Shown piece by piece: positions 24,586 to 38,808 of a stretch of DNA of 64,000 nucleotides. The notes under the pieces are model-generated. The model had not been told where the DNA came from, did no database searches, and saw only the letters and a list, made by a program, of their open reading frames with translations. Each line of letters starts with the position of its first letter. Position 1 is the first letter of the stretch. Source of the DNA: Paraspadella gotoi (Eukaryota; Animalia; Chaetognatha); assembly GCA_051294375.1 (NCBI GenBank), contig CM119263.1, forward strand, positions 18,500,628 through 18,564,627, given 5' to 3'. The translations under genes were made by a program, and so were the position numbers.

Positions 24586-26902
24586 CGACCTTCACGCATT
24601 TTTTCTCCAGAGACGAGAATCCTTGTCACTTCTTTTGTTGTGCCCGTCGTCGTCATCGTCGTCGTCGTTGTCGTCGTCGTTGTCGTCGTCATCTTTTTCT
24701 AACACATTTTTAAGTTTTAGCTCCGTTTCAAAAGGAGGAAGTCTTTGCCTTGAAAGAATACTTAAACTTCTAGATATTATATACCGACATTTTTCTTTGT
24801 TCTTTATAGAAATGCGACTTCTGTAATCTATCGTCCTCCATTTTCTGAATGAATAAATATAAGTAAACTAAATTAGGGCCGATGTCATGAAACTGGACAG
24901 ATTTTATGTGCGATTCAAAGACCGACATAATTTTGACAGCAACAAGTTTTAAAATGAGACGATGTTCTCTGGGAACTGACTATCATCAAATATTAATTTT
25001 TCCAGAAGGAGACACTGACATCCTCGCTGAGCTGGACAAGTTTGTTATGAAACCTGAAGATGAAAGTAACGCAAGGGATAAAAACTTAATCTTAACGAGT
25101 CTACCGTCAGAGACAACGATAAAAGCGACGACGCCATAACGATCAATTCATAATAAACCACTCTTCACGACGGGGCGTTTGCGCGGCAGAGAGGGCGTGG
25201 CTTTCGTTGGCGGGTGCGTTCGTTTGAAACGTGGGTGGAAGAAACGAAAGAAAGAGATTCTAAGGTAGAGAGGAGGGACGAGAGGGAGGTTACGGAAGTC
25301 TCTCTCTCGAGAGCTACTTCGAAGAGAGAAGTCGGGTCGAGTTACTCGCTCAGGTCTCTGCTCTCGGATCGCCATCACCGGGAGAGCAGGAGAAAAAACC
25401 CGAAGACTCTCTTAGTACTGCACAATGGAAAAGAAAGAGAAAGTTGCAGAATTGGCGGTTCATTTAGTTCATTTAGCTACTCAGGCACAATTAAGTTTAC
25501 CATGAAAATATTATGGTTCTAACATAGCAGTGGGGTAAAAATTAAATTCTTGAATTCTGGGCAAAGAGAAAGAGAGATTTATAAATATCAATGTCAAGAA
25601 GTAAAATAAAAGAAAAATGGGAAAGTGAAGTCTAAGGAAGTTTAAGAAAGAGAAATCGTTTGAATTACTAAGTGAAAAGTGAGATGATTGTGAAAAAAAG
25701 GGAGAAAAAAGAGGAGAGAGAGAGAGAGAGAGAGAGGAGCCAAGGACGAGGAGGATGAGCAGAGTGAGAAGAGAGGATGAGAGAAGAGAGAAGCAGAGAA
25801 TTAGATTCCGAGGCGAGAAAATTAGATTTTCTTTTCAAAAGTCGAGGACGACGACGAAGAAGAAGAAGAAGAAAAAGTCGAGGAAACGAACGACGATGAT
25901 TTTCTTTAAAACAAGAAAATATCAAGTGTTGTATTCTTACAGATAAAACCCATCCTATTTTATAATTCACTTATTATATATAAAACAAAACATAAAATCA
26001 TTCACTAAAATTAGAGCTCTTACCTTGTATAAACAAAATAAAGCTGATGCATCGACAACGACAACGATGACAACGACGACAACGCCATCAAACGCTTAAA
26101 AGGACCGAAAAGGCGGTCGAGCGAAGAGTTCGAAATCTGTGAACACCGTTTGTGAAAAAGTGAGGATCTTGAAAACGCGGTCACGCCGCAAAGGGGGAGT
26201 GGGGCGCGAGAGGGGGGACGGGCGGGAGACGACGGGGGGGGAGCTTTGGAAAACGGCGTGGGTTGAAAAGATATCAGAGCGAAGGTCGTTTGAGAGAGGA
26301 TTCGAGATTGGAGGCAGAAAGGAAAGTGGAGGAGTTGAAAGAGATTAAGGAAAAAAGGAAACAAATGGAGGAGAAAGTTGAAAAAAAAATACGAAGAATA
26401 AAATGATAAAATAAGAGAAAGTGTAAAGAAATAGAGAGAAAACATTTGAAGAGATATAGAGAGGAAGTCAAAATATGTCTAAAAGTTTTATCTAAAGTGA
26501 CGTGTGACATTTTTCGAGTAACCCCACCCCTATTCACCCCTATTGAGCGTCATTCCAGGATCGCGTCACAAACCCCCTCCCACCCGAAGCCATAGTGAAA
26601 ACCTCTCACCACCCTACCCCCCACCCAAACCCCCTGGCGCCACGGCGCCAATCATTATTCCCTCAAGAAACCTTTCAATCTGTTTTTCTGACTCTTTTTT
26701 TTCTTTCTTTTCTTCTTTTTTTCTTGAGCATTCATCTCTTCGAGTCCATTTTTCAACTTTTCTCTTTGTCTTTTGCTTCTTTTGTTTCACTTGAATGTAG
26801 AGACTGAAGTTGTTTTTTTTTATTCTGTATCTAATGGGACACTAGGGGTTTTTATATTCATGTATAAACAAACGTTTTGTTTTGTGATTAACTTTCTTTC
26901 AT

Positions 26903-26905
26903 TTT

Positions 26906-27000
<95 letters not shown>
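26903..27000 (+). repeat. (TTTC)n microsatellite
   Basis: Near-perfect tetranucleotide run. Confidence 0.95.
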
Positions 27001-27117
27001 CTTTGTTTCCGCAACGATGGAGTCGATTTGTCATCAAAATTTCACGATGATATTAAAAAACGGATTTTGTGATTAAACGACGTGAAGGTGAATCAAATCT
27101 CGGCTTCATAAATCAAT

Positions 27118-27235
<118 letters not shown>

Positions 27236-28028
27236 CTCTCCCCACCACCTCGCTCTCAGCCTCTCACACACTATTTCCTCGAGTGGAGCGTTGAATGAAA
27301 CAGATTAGCGCCCGTGCATTTTTTTTCTCTTCAGCTTTATTTATGCAAATGAGTTTTAACGTCAAAAGTCATTTCGTCCTTCGTTCGAAGGAATGAGGAG
27401 GTCGAAAAAAGAAAAAATTTGGATTGAGAATTGAAAGAGGAAGAGATTTTGAAAGACTGACTGAAAATAGAGGAAAGGAGAGAAGAAAAAATGTAGGAAA
27501 AGAAAAGGATAAGATTAAGAAGAGAAAGAAAAAAAGAAAAAAAATTAAGAGAAGAGAAAATAAAAATAAAAACAATAACAAGCAAAAATTAAAAAAAAAG
27601 ACTAAGAATAATACAAAGAGATAGAGAAATCATCCAAAAAGTTTAAAGAAAAACAAACAAACCTCAAACATTGAACATGGAGAAACATGCAAGGGGCCAC
27701 AATGGCTCCTCATTTCTTTTCCTCTCAGTTTTTTTTTTCAAATTTGTGAACGGACTAACGAAGTGAAGTTCACAGTCGATAAACCGATTGAGTCTTTCCC
27801 CGCACCTCGTTATCGTCCCCCGAGGTCAGGTTCGTTCTTACCCCGTGACTCGTCCCCCATCGTCTGTCCTCGTCTTTCCGCTCTTCTTCCTCGCCTCGAA
27901 CTTACCTTCCTCCACGATTCGCCGGCAGCCGCCGACTTACTCCTTTAATCCCTCCCAGATCGACTCAGCCCCGGAGCACTGGCTCCTCACTCTTCCCTCG
28001 CCAGACAAAGCGCCGTAAAGCCTAGGAG

Positions 28029-28229
28029 GATGACAGAATTGACGGATGGACGAAGGGGATGACAGAACTGACGGATGGACGAAGGGGATGACAGAACTGA
28101 CGGATGTACGAAGGGGATGACAGAACTGACGGATGGACGAAGTGGATGACAGAACTGACGGATGTACGAAGAGGATGACAGAACTGACGGATGGACAATG
28201 GGGATTGGGGATGACAGAACTGACGGATA
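28029..28229 (+). repeat. 29-bp minisatellite, ~7 copies (gatgacagaactgacggatggacgaaggg)
   Basis: Units start at 28029, 28058, 28087, 28116, 28145, 28174 and 28210. A degenerate copy lies at ~42330-42575. Confidence 0.95.
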
Positions 28230-29341
28230 GGCGGATGAGGAATTTTTACATCGACGGATTGCATTGTACGAAAAGTTGTGTTGTCACTAGTAGCATAACC
28301 ATAAGCAAATAGTTAAAAATTCGAAATACGAATAATTAGATACAACGAACAGAAATGTTAAACAAATAAAGAATCATGAATAGAAAACGGGTAAAAAATT
28401 AGATTAACCTTTTCTAAAAACTAGGAAATTTTTTTTAAATACTCCGTATAAAATTACAACGAACGAAGTCCCCAAGACACGACAAAAAAAGCCGACAAGG
28501 TAGAAATGATGCGTCGGTCTGACAGAGAACGAAGCCGACACCGGCGCGACTCAATGTATGGGGCGAGATGACAAAGAGCGGCGTCGTCGGGTCCGGTTAA
28601 CGACCGACAGGTGAGTGAAATGTGAGTCAGGGGAGGCGGAAGAGGAGGAATAGGAGGAAGAGGAGGAAGAGGAAGACGAGAAGGGCGTCGGGACTCTGGG
28701 GTCCTCAATTAGATAACAACGCCCTTCACTGAGTCTTTCTGGAATTTCATCAACGCCTCGACTTTCTGGGTGGAGTTTTGGTTCCATAGTTTCAAATAAC
28801 CAATATTAAAAATGTACATAAATTTAACATAGAATGATCCTAGTCGAGGATTAACGGATATTTATAAACAAAAGCCCTACTGAAATAATAAGTAATTTCG
28901 GAAGCTTTTTGGAAATAAAATACACATCCAATATTTGGGCACTAACTTCTAAAAAACTCCTTGTCTTCAATCACGTGACCCCATTTAACTAAGCTATCCT
29001 TCCCGATTCACTCCATTGCTCCAACTATCACTCCAACACCCCTACCCACCTCACTCCTTTCGCCGCTCCCCCAACCACTCGTCCTCCAGAGTCGACGAAG
29101 GTTGGCGCGAAGGCTGGCGAAGGTTTTTTCAGCGAAGGCGGCGGCTTAATGATGTTCCATTAGAGTCGCCGACGCCAGAAGAAACTCTGATTTCTACTTT
29201 CATTTCCTTTTTTTTTCCTCTTTTTTTCCTTTTCCCTTTATTTCCTTATTTCTCCCCCTTTTTTTTGCGTCATCGCCTCGTTGATGAGTTGTTCCGCTTC
29301 TCTCCCAATAACTTTACCCCGCGACTTTTTCATAATCGAGC

Positions 29342-29342
<1 letters not shown>

Positions 29343-29415
<73 letters not shown>

Positions 29416-29470
29416 TTTTTCTTTCTTTCTTTCTTTCTTTCTTTCTTTTTTTCTTTCTTTTTTTCTTTCT
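29343..29470 (+). repeat. Compound (TGCT)n-(TTTC)n microsatellite
   Basis: tgcttgct run directly followed by tttc run. Confidence 0.93.
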
Positions 29471-30436
29471 ATTTTTTTTTATTTCTTTAAGTTTTTTCAT
29501 GCTTTCTCATTTTTTTTTATTGCAACATTGATAAAATTAACTTATAAAAAGAAATATTATTATGAATTGCGGCTTGTATATAATATCGCGTGTTCGAATG
29601 AATTTCTCTTCTCATTTATTCCTCAATGATTTTCTTTGTTTCTAAATAATCCAATTTCCTTCTTTTCCTCCTTTTCCAATTCAACACCTTCACATCTCTC
29701 TCCTCTTCTTTCCTCCCTTTTTCTTATCTGCATCCTTCGTCATCATCCTTCATTTCGTTTGCCTTTTCCTCATTTTAATTTTTATTGTTTTTTTTCTTTT
29801 TTTCCTTCAACTAATTATTCCCCTTTTAATTTTCTCCAATGTTTAACAAATCCATTCAAACGAGATTAAAAAAACATTTTTCAGTTGAAAAAAAAAAGAA
29901 GCAATAAATAGAATAAATTATCTGATATCGAGTCGGTAAAAAAATTTAGATTGAAAGTAAAAATATCGACTTATTGCACAAGACGTAATTTTGATAAAAA
30001 GTATAGTATATATATATCATTCTACCCAGAAAATATGGCATTTTTGAACAATTAAAACTTAATAGTATTCCTTATTCTCTAATTATAAACCCAATGGTAT
30101 TCTTGTTTACCAAAAATAAAAATTTTCAGAAAAAAAAAGAAAATTCTTGAAATCGAGACGCTCGTCACAACAAAATGCNNNNNNNNNNNNNNNNNNNNNN
30201 NNNNNNNNNNNNNNNNNNNNNNNNNNNNNNNNNNNNNNNNNNNNNNNNNNNNNNNNNNNNNNNNNNNNNNNNNNNNNNNNNNNNNNNNNNNNNNNNNNNN
30301 NNNNNNNNNNNNNNNNNNNNNNNNNNNNNNNNNNNNNNNNNNNNNNNNNNNNNNNNNNNNNNNNNNNNNNNNNNNNNNNNNNNNNNNNNNNNNNNNNNNN
30401 NNNNNNNNNNNNNNNNNNNNNNNNNNNNNNNNNNNN

Positions 30437-30472
<36 letters not shown>

Positions 30473-31149
30473 CCCCTAAGCAAACACCAGACCTCGACTA
30501 CGATGCGCGCACCATAAAATAATCGCGAACGATAATTTATGCNNNNNNNNNNNNNNNNNNNNNNNNNNNNNNNNNNNNNNNNNNNNNNNNNNNNNNNNNN
30601 NNNNNNNNNNNNNNNNNNNNNNNNNNNNNNNNNNNNNNNNNNNNNNNNNNNNNNNNNNNNNNNNNNNNNNNNNNNNNNNNNNNNNNNNNNNNNNNNNNNN
30701 NNNNNNNNNNNNNNNNNNNNNNNNNNNNNNNNNNNNNNNNNNNNNNNNNNNNNNNNNNNNNNNNNNNNNNNNNNNNNNNNNNNNNNNNNNNNNNNNNNNN
30801 NNNNNNNNNNNNNNNNNNNNNNNNNNNNNNNNNNNNNNNNNNNNNNNNNNNNNNNNNNNNNNNAAATGATGCGGGCCAGAGAAGAGAGAGAGAGAAGAGA
30901 GAGAGAGACAAAGCGCCATCGAGGATAAAAATTAAAAAGCTCGATAATGGACTTTGTGCAATCGCACTAGTATCATATTCCATTGGCTTCGACCGACGGA
31001 CGGACGGACGGACGGATAGACGGACGGTCTCGGAGATGAATCAACCTTGTAGACGATAGATGATTTCTACTTCGTCTTCTTTTCGAATTCAGAACTCCGC
31101 TCTCCCCCCCCCCACTCTCCCCCCTCGTTTTCGTTGGCCGACGTCTCAG

Positions 31150-34100
31150 ACTCGAAAGTTGGAACGCGTAAGCGTCGAAGCGAAAATGTTTATAGCGGAG
31201 AGAAAGTTGAGGGAGGTGAGTGTCGAAAGGGTAAGTTAAGCCCGCGATGAGAGGGAGTTAGGTGGCGGGGCGGAGCGAATGAAGGTGGGGAAAAAAATAT
31301 AGGAGGCCGTTGTGTCGAGTCATGATTCATGCGCAACAGAAAACAACAGTCGATAACAGTCGACTGCAGTAGCGGGAAGATATTTATGGTTAAAATTAGG
31401 AAAAAGGATGTATGTTTTCATGTTAAAAAAATCGCGAAGGGAAAAAATAATTTAAGGATTTCTATAAAAATAAGTCTGAGAATGACCCATTTAACAAGGA
31501 CGGAGTGAAAACCCAATGATTTATGTATAAAAATGGCGACCGGATTTAATCTAGACGAGAAAATTCCATCAGAGGATAACGACTTTTTTCTCCTTCTCTT
31601 CACCGAAGATAAAATAATGAAAAAGTTCGATCGAAAGAAGAACGATGAGTAAAAAAAAAAGGTTCAAGAGAAACATAAATGAATCAATAGAAAGTGAGAT
31701 AAAAATAAATACAATTCGAAAACAAGGACGTTGAATCAAGCTTTCAATATTACCTAGTCCACTCATTTGTTCTTCTTTCTTCGTCCCTCGCCATTCTTTT
31801 CCTTTTCCTTTTCCTTTTTCTTTTTCCTTTTCCTGATCCTCGCGATTCTTTTCCTTTTCCTTCCAGTTTGCCTCTTTCTCTTTCAAACCTCAAAAAGGCG
31901 TGATTTATTTTAGGAAACCATTTTCAGGAAAACTATTGACTTCGTAAGCTTACTATTTTTAGTTAATATATACAGACCGATCAATAGACAGTCTTATGGA
32001 GTCGCGTTTCCACACGATAGACAATGCAAAAAACTTTGTAACTCTCGACGAGCAATTGCATCGAGAGATGGCACCAAACTGTCGGAAAACACTTTTTGAA
32101 GAAGAACTCGAAAACGTAAAAACTCAAATATCTTACGACTGGAGCGAGTGGGTTGAATGAAGTTAAGAAATTCTAAACGTTGGGGACCATTTGAAACGAA
32201 GACGTTTCTTTCACTCGACTTCATTTTTCTTTTCCCCTTTTTCTTTCCTTTTTTTCTTCCTTTTCTTCTTTCCATCTTTGCAGACGCCGCGAGTTCGTTT
32301 AGTCCCGCCATCCAGGCTTCTTCATTAATGGCGAAAACCGACATTATTTTGCTTCAACAGTTTTGAAAAGAAAAGAAAGAGGGACCAGCGAATTATGGAC
32401 TTATAATAAATATAATCTTTAATCAAACCCCACAAACTCTCTCTCCGATGTTCGTTTTGGTCCCCTCTAAGCTCGAAGGTTAGGGAAGAAGGAAAAACGC
32501 TGAAGAGTGAGGTCGCTGCGAGCGCTTTGGAAAAACTAAACAGACTCCGTGATGGGAGAAGAAGAAAACAAAAATTCAAAGCTTAAACGAAATCGAGGAA
32601 TTCGCAAGAGTCAATTTGGAAAGCGAAGCAAGGACCGCCGACGCACGCTCGGCTCTGGTAAAATTTAAAAAAAAAAAATGTATAACAAAGCTTCTAAATA
32701 GCAAAAAGATGATATATAAAAAGTTTCTAATAGCAATTTTGAACAGTAAGCGAAATCGATCACATCGCACTGGAGAAGTCCAGAAGCTTCGAATCGCAAG
32801 AGGCGAAATGAGAATTAGATGGTAAATCCCGAATCATCACATCTCAAAAACTACAAGAAGTCTTCAGCGAAAAATGAGAAATGCAGAAGCGAGCGTGCTC
32901 AATGCGCACAACGGTGAAGGTGATCATTAGGGATTTTTCGAATAGGAGGATCAATAGGAGGAAATCCAATATTAGAGGAGGGTATCTGAAAAATTAAAAG
33001 ATGAGATCTCTCAGAAACAGAGAAGAAAGAGCAAAAACATCCCGGAGGCGCATCTGCGATAACATGCGAACGGGGATCAAAGAATTTTTGAAGGGGGCAA
33101 TCAAAATTGAGAAGATAATCTTAGGTAGAAATGGAAAACAAAGTTCGGGTAAATCTATGAGGAGAATTATAGGAGTTAAACGAACGAGGATATTTTAAAG
33201 ATTTTTAACAATTATAACGTTTTGTGGCATAATAGTTTTTTTTTCCATCTTTTTTGTTTTATTCTTTTTTTTCTTTTTTACAGGAGAATCGAATCCTACG
33301 AAACAGAGATAAAGAAACTGAGATTGGAACGAAGAAATAAAGACAGGAAGTTGGATGAAACCGAGCATCAAAATGATAGTGAAGAACCCATCACTAAAAT
33401 TTCAAAAACCATAGCAGATTTAAAGAAGTGGAAAAACACTCAGAAAAGTTGGAGCGCAAAAAACATCAAGTCTTATCAGATTTATAAACAATAAATGGAA
33501 TTAGAGAGCAGATTAACAAACGTGAGCCGAAAGATTAAACTTCTTTGAAAGAACCCCTTGCCAAACGGATGGAAAAGGGTGCTGCAGCTTGCAACCTAAT
33601 GCAATATTAAGAGATTTATCAATTTCCTCCCACAAAAAACGAAGCTGAACGAAGATGATCAAAAATAAACAACGGCTCAATGCTTTAAATCAGCAAGCCG
33701 CGGGAATCAAAGCAGATACTCACAGTAAGCCTAAATCCAAAGGTTACACATAAGCTAAACTTGAGCGTTACTACAAATACCACCGGGTTCCCCAACATGA
33801 GAGTGCCAGGATAAGATGAAACCACGAATTAAGAAATTTAGTGTTGAGGTACGAAACTTTAATCGCAAATGTACTTTCACAAAAATGATAACAAAGTCAT
33901 AACAAACTGTTACTTGGAAACCGGGCCAGAACGAATCAGACACAATGTCGTCGTCTTCACATAGACTGAAAAAGCCAATAATAAACGAAAAGCTTTAGGA
34001 AGATCAGTGTCGGCGATGAGGTGCAAGCTCCGAAAACAACGGCTGACAAACAAAGGCCGAGAGACACAAAAAAATCACAAAGAGGCCAATGTACGCAGGG
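31150..34100 (+). CDS. Multi-exon coiled-coil protein, partial and frameshifted in this assembly
   Basis: AG/GT-bounded 81-nt exon 31150-31230 (TRKLERVSVEAKMFIAERKLREVSVER). Further E/K/L/R-rich exon-like segments after acceptor-like AGs at 31976 (..LDEQLHRE..FEEELENVKTQI), ~32470 (SLNEIEEFARVNLESEARTADARSAL), 32746 and 33284 (RIESYETEIKKLRLERRNKDRKLDE). No family-specific motif; may extend to ~36420. Confidence 0.55.
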
Positions 34101-37100
34101 TAAGCTACCCAAACGTAAAAATTATTTATTTTAAACTAAATCTTTTTTTCTTTACTTTCTTTCAAAAGAAATTGCTTCAACTAATAAAACTATACTTTTC
34201 ATATACTATTCAAATTTTAATTCACTCATTATATCTGAAAATAGCATCAACTAACCTTCATTCTCTCGTCTATTCTATTAACTCTACTTCACAAACATCT
34301 CTTTCACCAATGAATAATCACATTACCTTAACCTATTTATCTGCTTTTAATACAATAATCTTAATCTTTCTTTATCAACAGAATAACACACAACTATATA
34401 GATCCCTTACTAATTATTTATCATAAAGAAACATATTCTTTAAATCTTTATCACTCTAATGTTGATCACATTATCTCATCACCTCTAAAACTTAACCTAA
34501 TTTTTTTATTTAATCTTTAAAACTGTTTATCCTATATAAATAAATACCGATGCAAAAAGATCAAACGTCTGCGAATCACCGAATCAAACTCGAAATCTGG
34601 TCGAATCGACAAAAAATCGACTTCAAGAAGATGACGTCGCTTCCCCCGCCAGGTGTCCTCCTCGTCCTTCGATTGAAAGGCATTCGTCCAAAACAAGAGG
34701 ACGACTGTCGACTATCAGAGCTCGTCTTGTGGCCACGACAGCGCGAATGCGGGGGTGGGCATTTTGAAAGGGGAAAGAAGCCAGCAGCCACTCGAAATGT
34801 TGTTTAAACAAAAGGGAAGGGGAAACGTAAAGAAGAAACAGAAGGGGAAAAGGGGGAAGGGGAGGGCGAGGAAATTTGAGAAAGGGAGAGAGAGAAGAAA
34901 GGGAGGTGTGCGTGCTGGGTGGAAAAGTAAAACTTAAGAAGAGGCAACGAGGAGGCAAGACGAAAAGGGGGAGGGCAAGGGATGGATAATACGGAGCATC
35001 AACAGAGGGAGAACGAAAAGGGCGATGAGGGTGAACCAAGGTCGGTGGGCCTGGTCCACTCGAGATAAACTCAAAAGAACAATACATCGGATTCCACCTT
35101 ATCAAGACTTAGTCCTAGAAGATAAGAAATCTCCTATTAGCTTTAGACTTCGAGAGACCCTAACACCACGTCTCATTTCGCCGATCGAGAAAACAGGAAT
35201 GTTACCCACGCTAAAGCACACAAGAGATTCGTAGTGAGAAAGGATAGAGAACGCAACTTACAAGAAATGAGGTCCTACGTACGTCTATCGTCGTCGTCGT
35301 GTTAACGCTCGTCGATCCTTTTGCTTTATTATTACACGTAACAAATAAAATACCATAGAAATGATGCCGATACCGTCCCAAGATATGAGGGAGCAAAAAG
35401 ATTATGTTTGGCATATTAATCCAACATTAGGAATAAACAATCAAGAACTATCGTAGTTATTTCAACTCTCTCTTCTCTCCTCACTCTACCTCTCTACTAC
35501 TCCCTCTCTACTCTCTCTCTCGTACTCTCTCTCTCATCTCCCACACAACTCAAATAGAAGAGGCCCTTATCACAGAAACAAGTCTAATCTCCGCCGACGG
35601 TTTGTTCGGACAACGATCGATTCTCAATGTCCATAAGCAGTCTACACGTAGTCGTTCCCAAACGAAACTACTCGTGAAAACGATATCGAGCTCAAAGTCG
35701 CCCTCACAGAGAAAGAGAAGAAGAAGTTTTTCAAAAGATCAAGTTAGCTAGAAAAGTGAATTAGTAATTTAATGAAAATTCTGAAGAATTTAAACAAGTT
35801 TTGAATAAATAAATTGAAAAGTTTCGAGTCAGGAACTTATATATTTATTTAATAAAATTAATTTTTTATACTGACAGGTCAAAATTTGATAATTTTGAAA
35901 AGTTCCAATGTAGCGTTTAAAAAACAATTGAATGATTGAATTGATTTAGTTGAATTATCTAATTTGAATCAACTTGAATAATATTTTATCTAGGTTTAAT
36001 TAATATAATGGTCTGGTTTATATTAATGGTTGTTTGATAGAAATTGATTGATTGATAACTAAAAAAAACACAATGACACATTTAAGACGCATCGACGATT
36101 GTGGCCACTGAAGCGAAAAAGGAATTTCCGTCGAACGTCGAAAATCAAAAACGAACGGCGCTCAAAATCGCGAAACCACTGCACCAAAGCGACACCCAAC
36201 GCGGAAAACGCCCAACAACGAACGAGGACGACGACTGCCACAGGCACACACAAAAGAATTCCACAATGACACAATCAAACGAAGACCATCCAGAGACCAC
36301 GAGATTGTCCTCTGACTCATGACTCGACATGCCGCTTCTTACCCAGACGCGTGACAGCCTCGGACGCCGCGCTGCTGCTGCGGACTCGGGGACGCCGCCA
36401 AACTGCCGCAGAGCGCAGGTCAAGAAAAAGAAAGAAAAAAAAAAAAAGAAAATAAAAAAAAAAAAAAAAAAGCAAGAAGAAAAAAAAAGAGGAGAACGCC
36501 GCGAAAGAATTTGAAAAAAGTTAATATATAACCAGAATTTATACATTAAAAATATATGTGAAATTTTATATTATAAGTATGTTTTAAAAAAATATAATAC
36601 AAGTACTTAAGTTAAATTGAATATGCTCGTTTAAGGAGATAAATAAGAAAGAAAAAACAGGTTAAAGAAAAAATGATATATAAATTTTACATAAAGCAAT
36701 TCAAAATCTATAAATGTTTGTTTCTCTTTATAAGTATTAAAAATGAAAGATATGAAAGAAGAAAGAATAAAACCAATATAATAAGAAGAAAGAAAGATAA
36801 GCACAAATAATCAAAAACTAATAAAGTATGGATTTATAAAGAAATTAATTTCTCAAAGTAAACATTTTATTTGATGATATCCACGGAGAAAGAACCTACA
36901 AACAAGAAATTTAGAAAAGTTAAAAAAGACCAAAAAGCGAAACTCATAAGAACAAATATAGAAGAATGACAAGCACCCAAGACTATAAAATATGTAACTA
37001 AAGTAAAGGATAGGCAGAGATATAGAAAACATCCTCATCACCAGTATCTTCGGTCATTTGAGGAAATCATATACACATTTACGTGGTCGAGGCCCCCCAT

Positions 37101-38679
37101 GTCTTTTGTAACCCCGAAGAAATACATTAATCCCAATTCCAAGTGTAATTTACCGCTAACGTAAAGACAATATCCAAACGATTGTAAGGCTAAGCTTCTA
37201 CCATTTGTTTTTAGTACGGATACATCATCCGATGGATGTATAAAATGAAGACAATTAGGGTAATATACTATTATTCTGTTGAAAGCGAAAGAAGTGACAC
37301 AATTTGCAGTGTGTGACTTGACGCTGGTGCCCGTGGCCGGCGTGACGAGATACTTTTTTGCAACTCGCAATTGGAAGCTGCCATTCTTACTACTATGTGA
37401 TCGCGGCTGGAGTTACCAGATATAGCGTAAGACGTAATTGCCAGTGTGAAGGGCGCATGCGTGGGGGATATTCTGCTTCTCTCTCCTACATTTCTTCGTA
37501 TGTATGTTCCCCTGTTTAATGCAGTCAAAAAAACTGCAATGGAAAACATGCAGTTGGTAAATTGGTGTGTAGAAGAGGAAACTGCGTCGGTGAAATCGCG
37601 TTTAGGTGTGTTCGTGGATATAAAGAATTTTTACATGTTGGCTAGTTTTGGCAGAGGGGAGTATGAGTGGGCCGTGTAACCAAGTTTGAGCAGAAACATT
37701 GGCCATATCTGCCCACCACCCTAATTTAGTTATCTTCAGCCCCAACCCTTATTGTCTAAAATGTTAAATCATGTTGAAAAAAGAACGATATAGAGAAGAA
37801 AAAACATAAAGACTAATGAACAATACTTGTAATTCGTGTTGGGTGGGTGCCCAAGAAAGAAGACAGGCAAGATAGGTAAGCCTCCCAAATCCTGTTTCTC
37901 TGAGGAAACTACGTGCGTTGCAAGATCTGGTTAAAAATTAAAACGGTTTAAGATCCAAAGGATAGGAGTCGGGTTTAAGCAAAGAAGGCCTCGAAGTCGT
38001 ACTCGAGCACCAGAATACGAGCAGAACGAACATTGGAAACAAAATAAATAGAATTGTGTGTGTATAACGCATTGTGATATTAATTTTCTATTGCAATCTG
38101 TTTTATACTATATTAAATCATCCTTCGTCGGAAAACCTTTGGATTAATCTCTCCCCCCCCCCCCCCCCATGTCCCACTTTCTTCCGCTCTTGAGTTCGTC
38201 TGGAGCGCGTGTTCCGTCTCACTCGCTCTCTGTCTCTGTCTCTATAGCCTATCGCAGTACTGTCTCTCTTGTTCCTCCTTCTCTTCTCTCTCTCTCGTCT
38301 CTTCCTCTCTCTCTCTCTCTCTCTCTTTCTTCTTGACTTCCTCTCACCTCCTCGGTTCTCTCTCTCTCTCTTCTCCCTGTGCTTCTTCTCTCTCTTCTCG
38401 TTGCTTNNNNNNNNNNNNNNNNNNNNNNNNNCCGCCACCCCACGACACTCCTCCCACCCTTGCGCCCACGCCACAACCCCCACCAACTCCTCACCGTCCC
38501 GCGTCTCGAATTCACTCTCGGCTTCCACGAGATGTATTACCTTCTTCTTTCCTCGGATGATGTATCCGATCTAAAATGGAAACTTACCTCGGGAGTCGGG
38601 ACTTACCTTGAATGGATGATACTGAGACGAATGATGGATCTAAAGACGAAATCTCGTTTTCTCTTCTTTAGTTACAAAG

Positions 38680-38767
<88 letters not shown>

Positions 38768-38771
38768 TATT

Positions 38772-38807
<36 letters not shown>

Positions 38808-38808
38808 T
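38680..38808 (+). repeat. (TTTC)n microsatellite
   Basis: About 32 near-perfect units. Confidence 0.95.

Noticed and set aside
28029-28229. CRISPR-like array
   Set aside because: Head-to-tail units without unique spacers, no cas genes, eukaryotic context.
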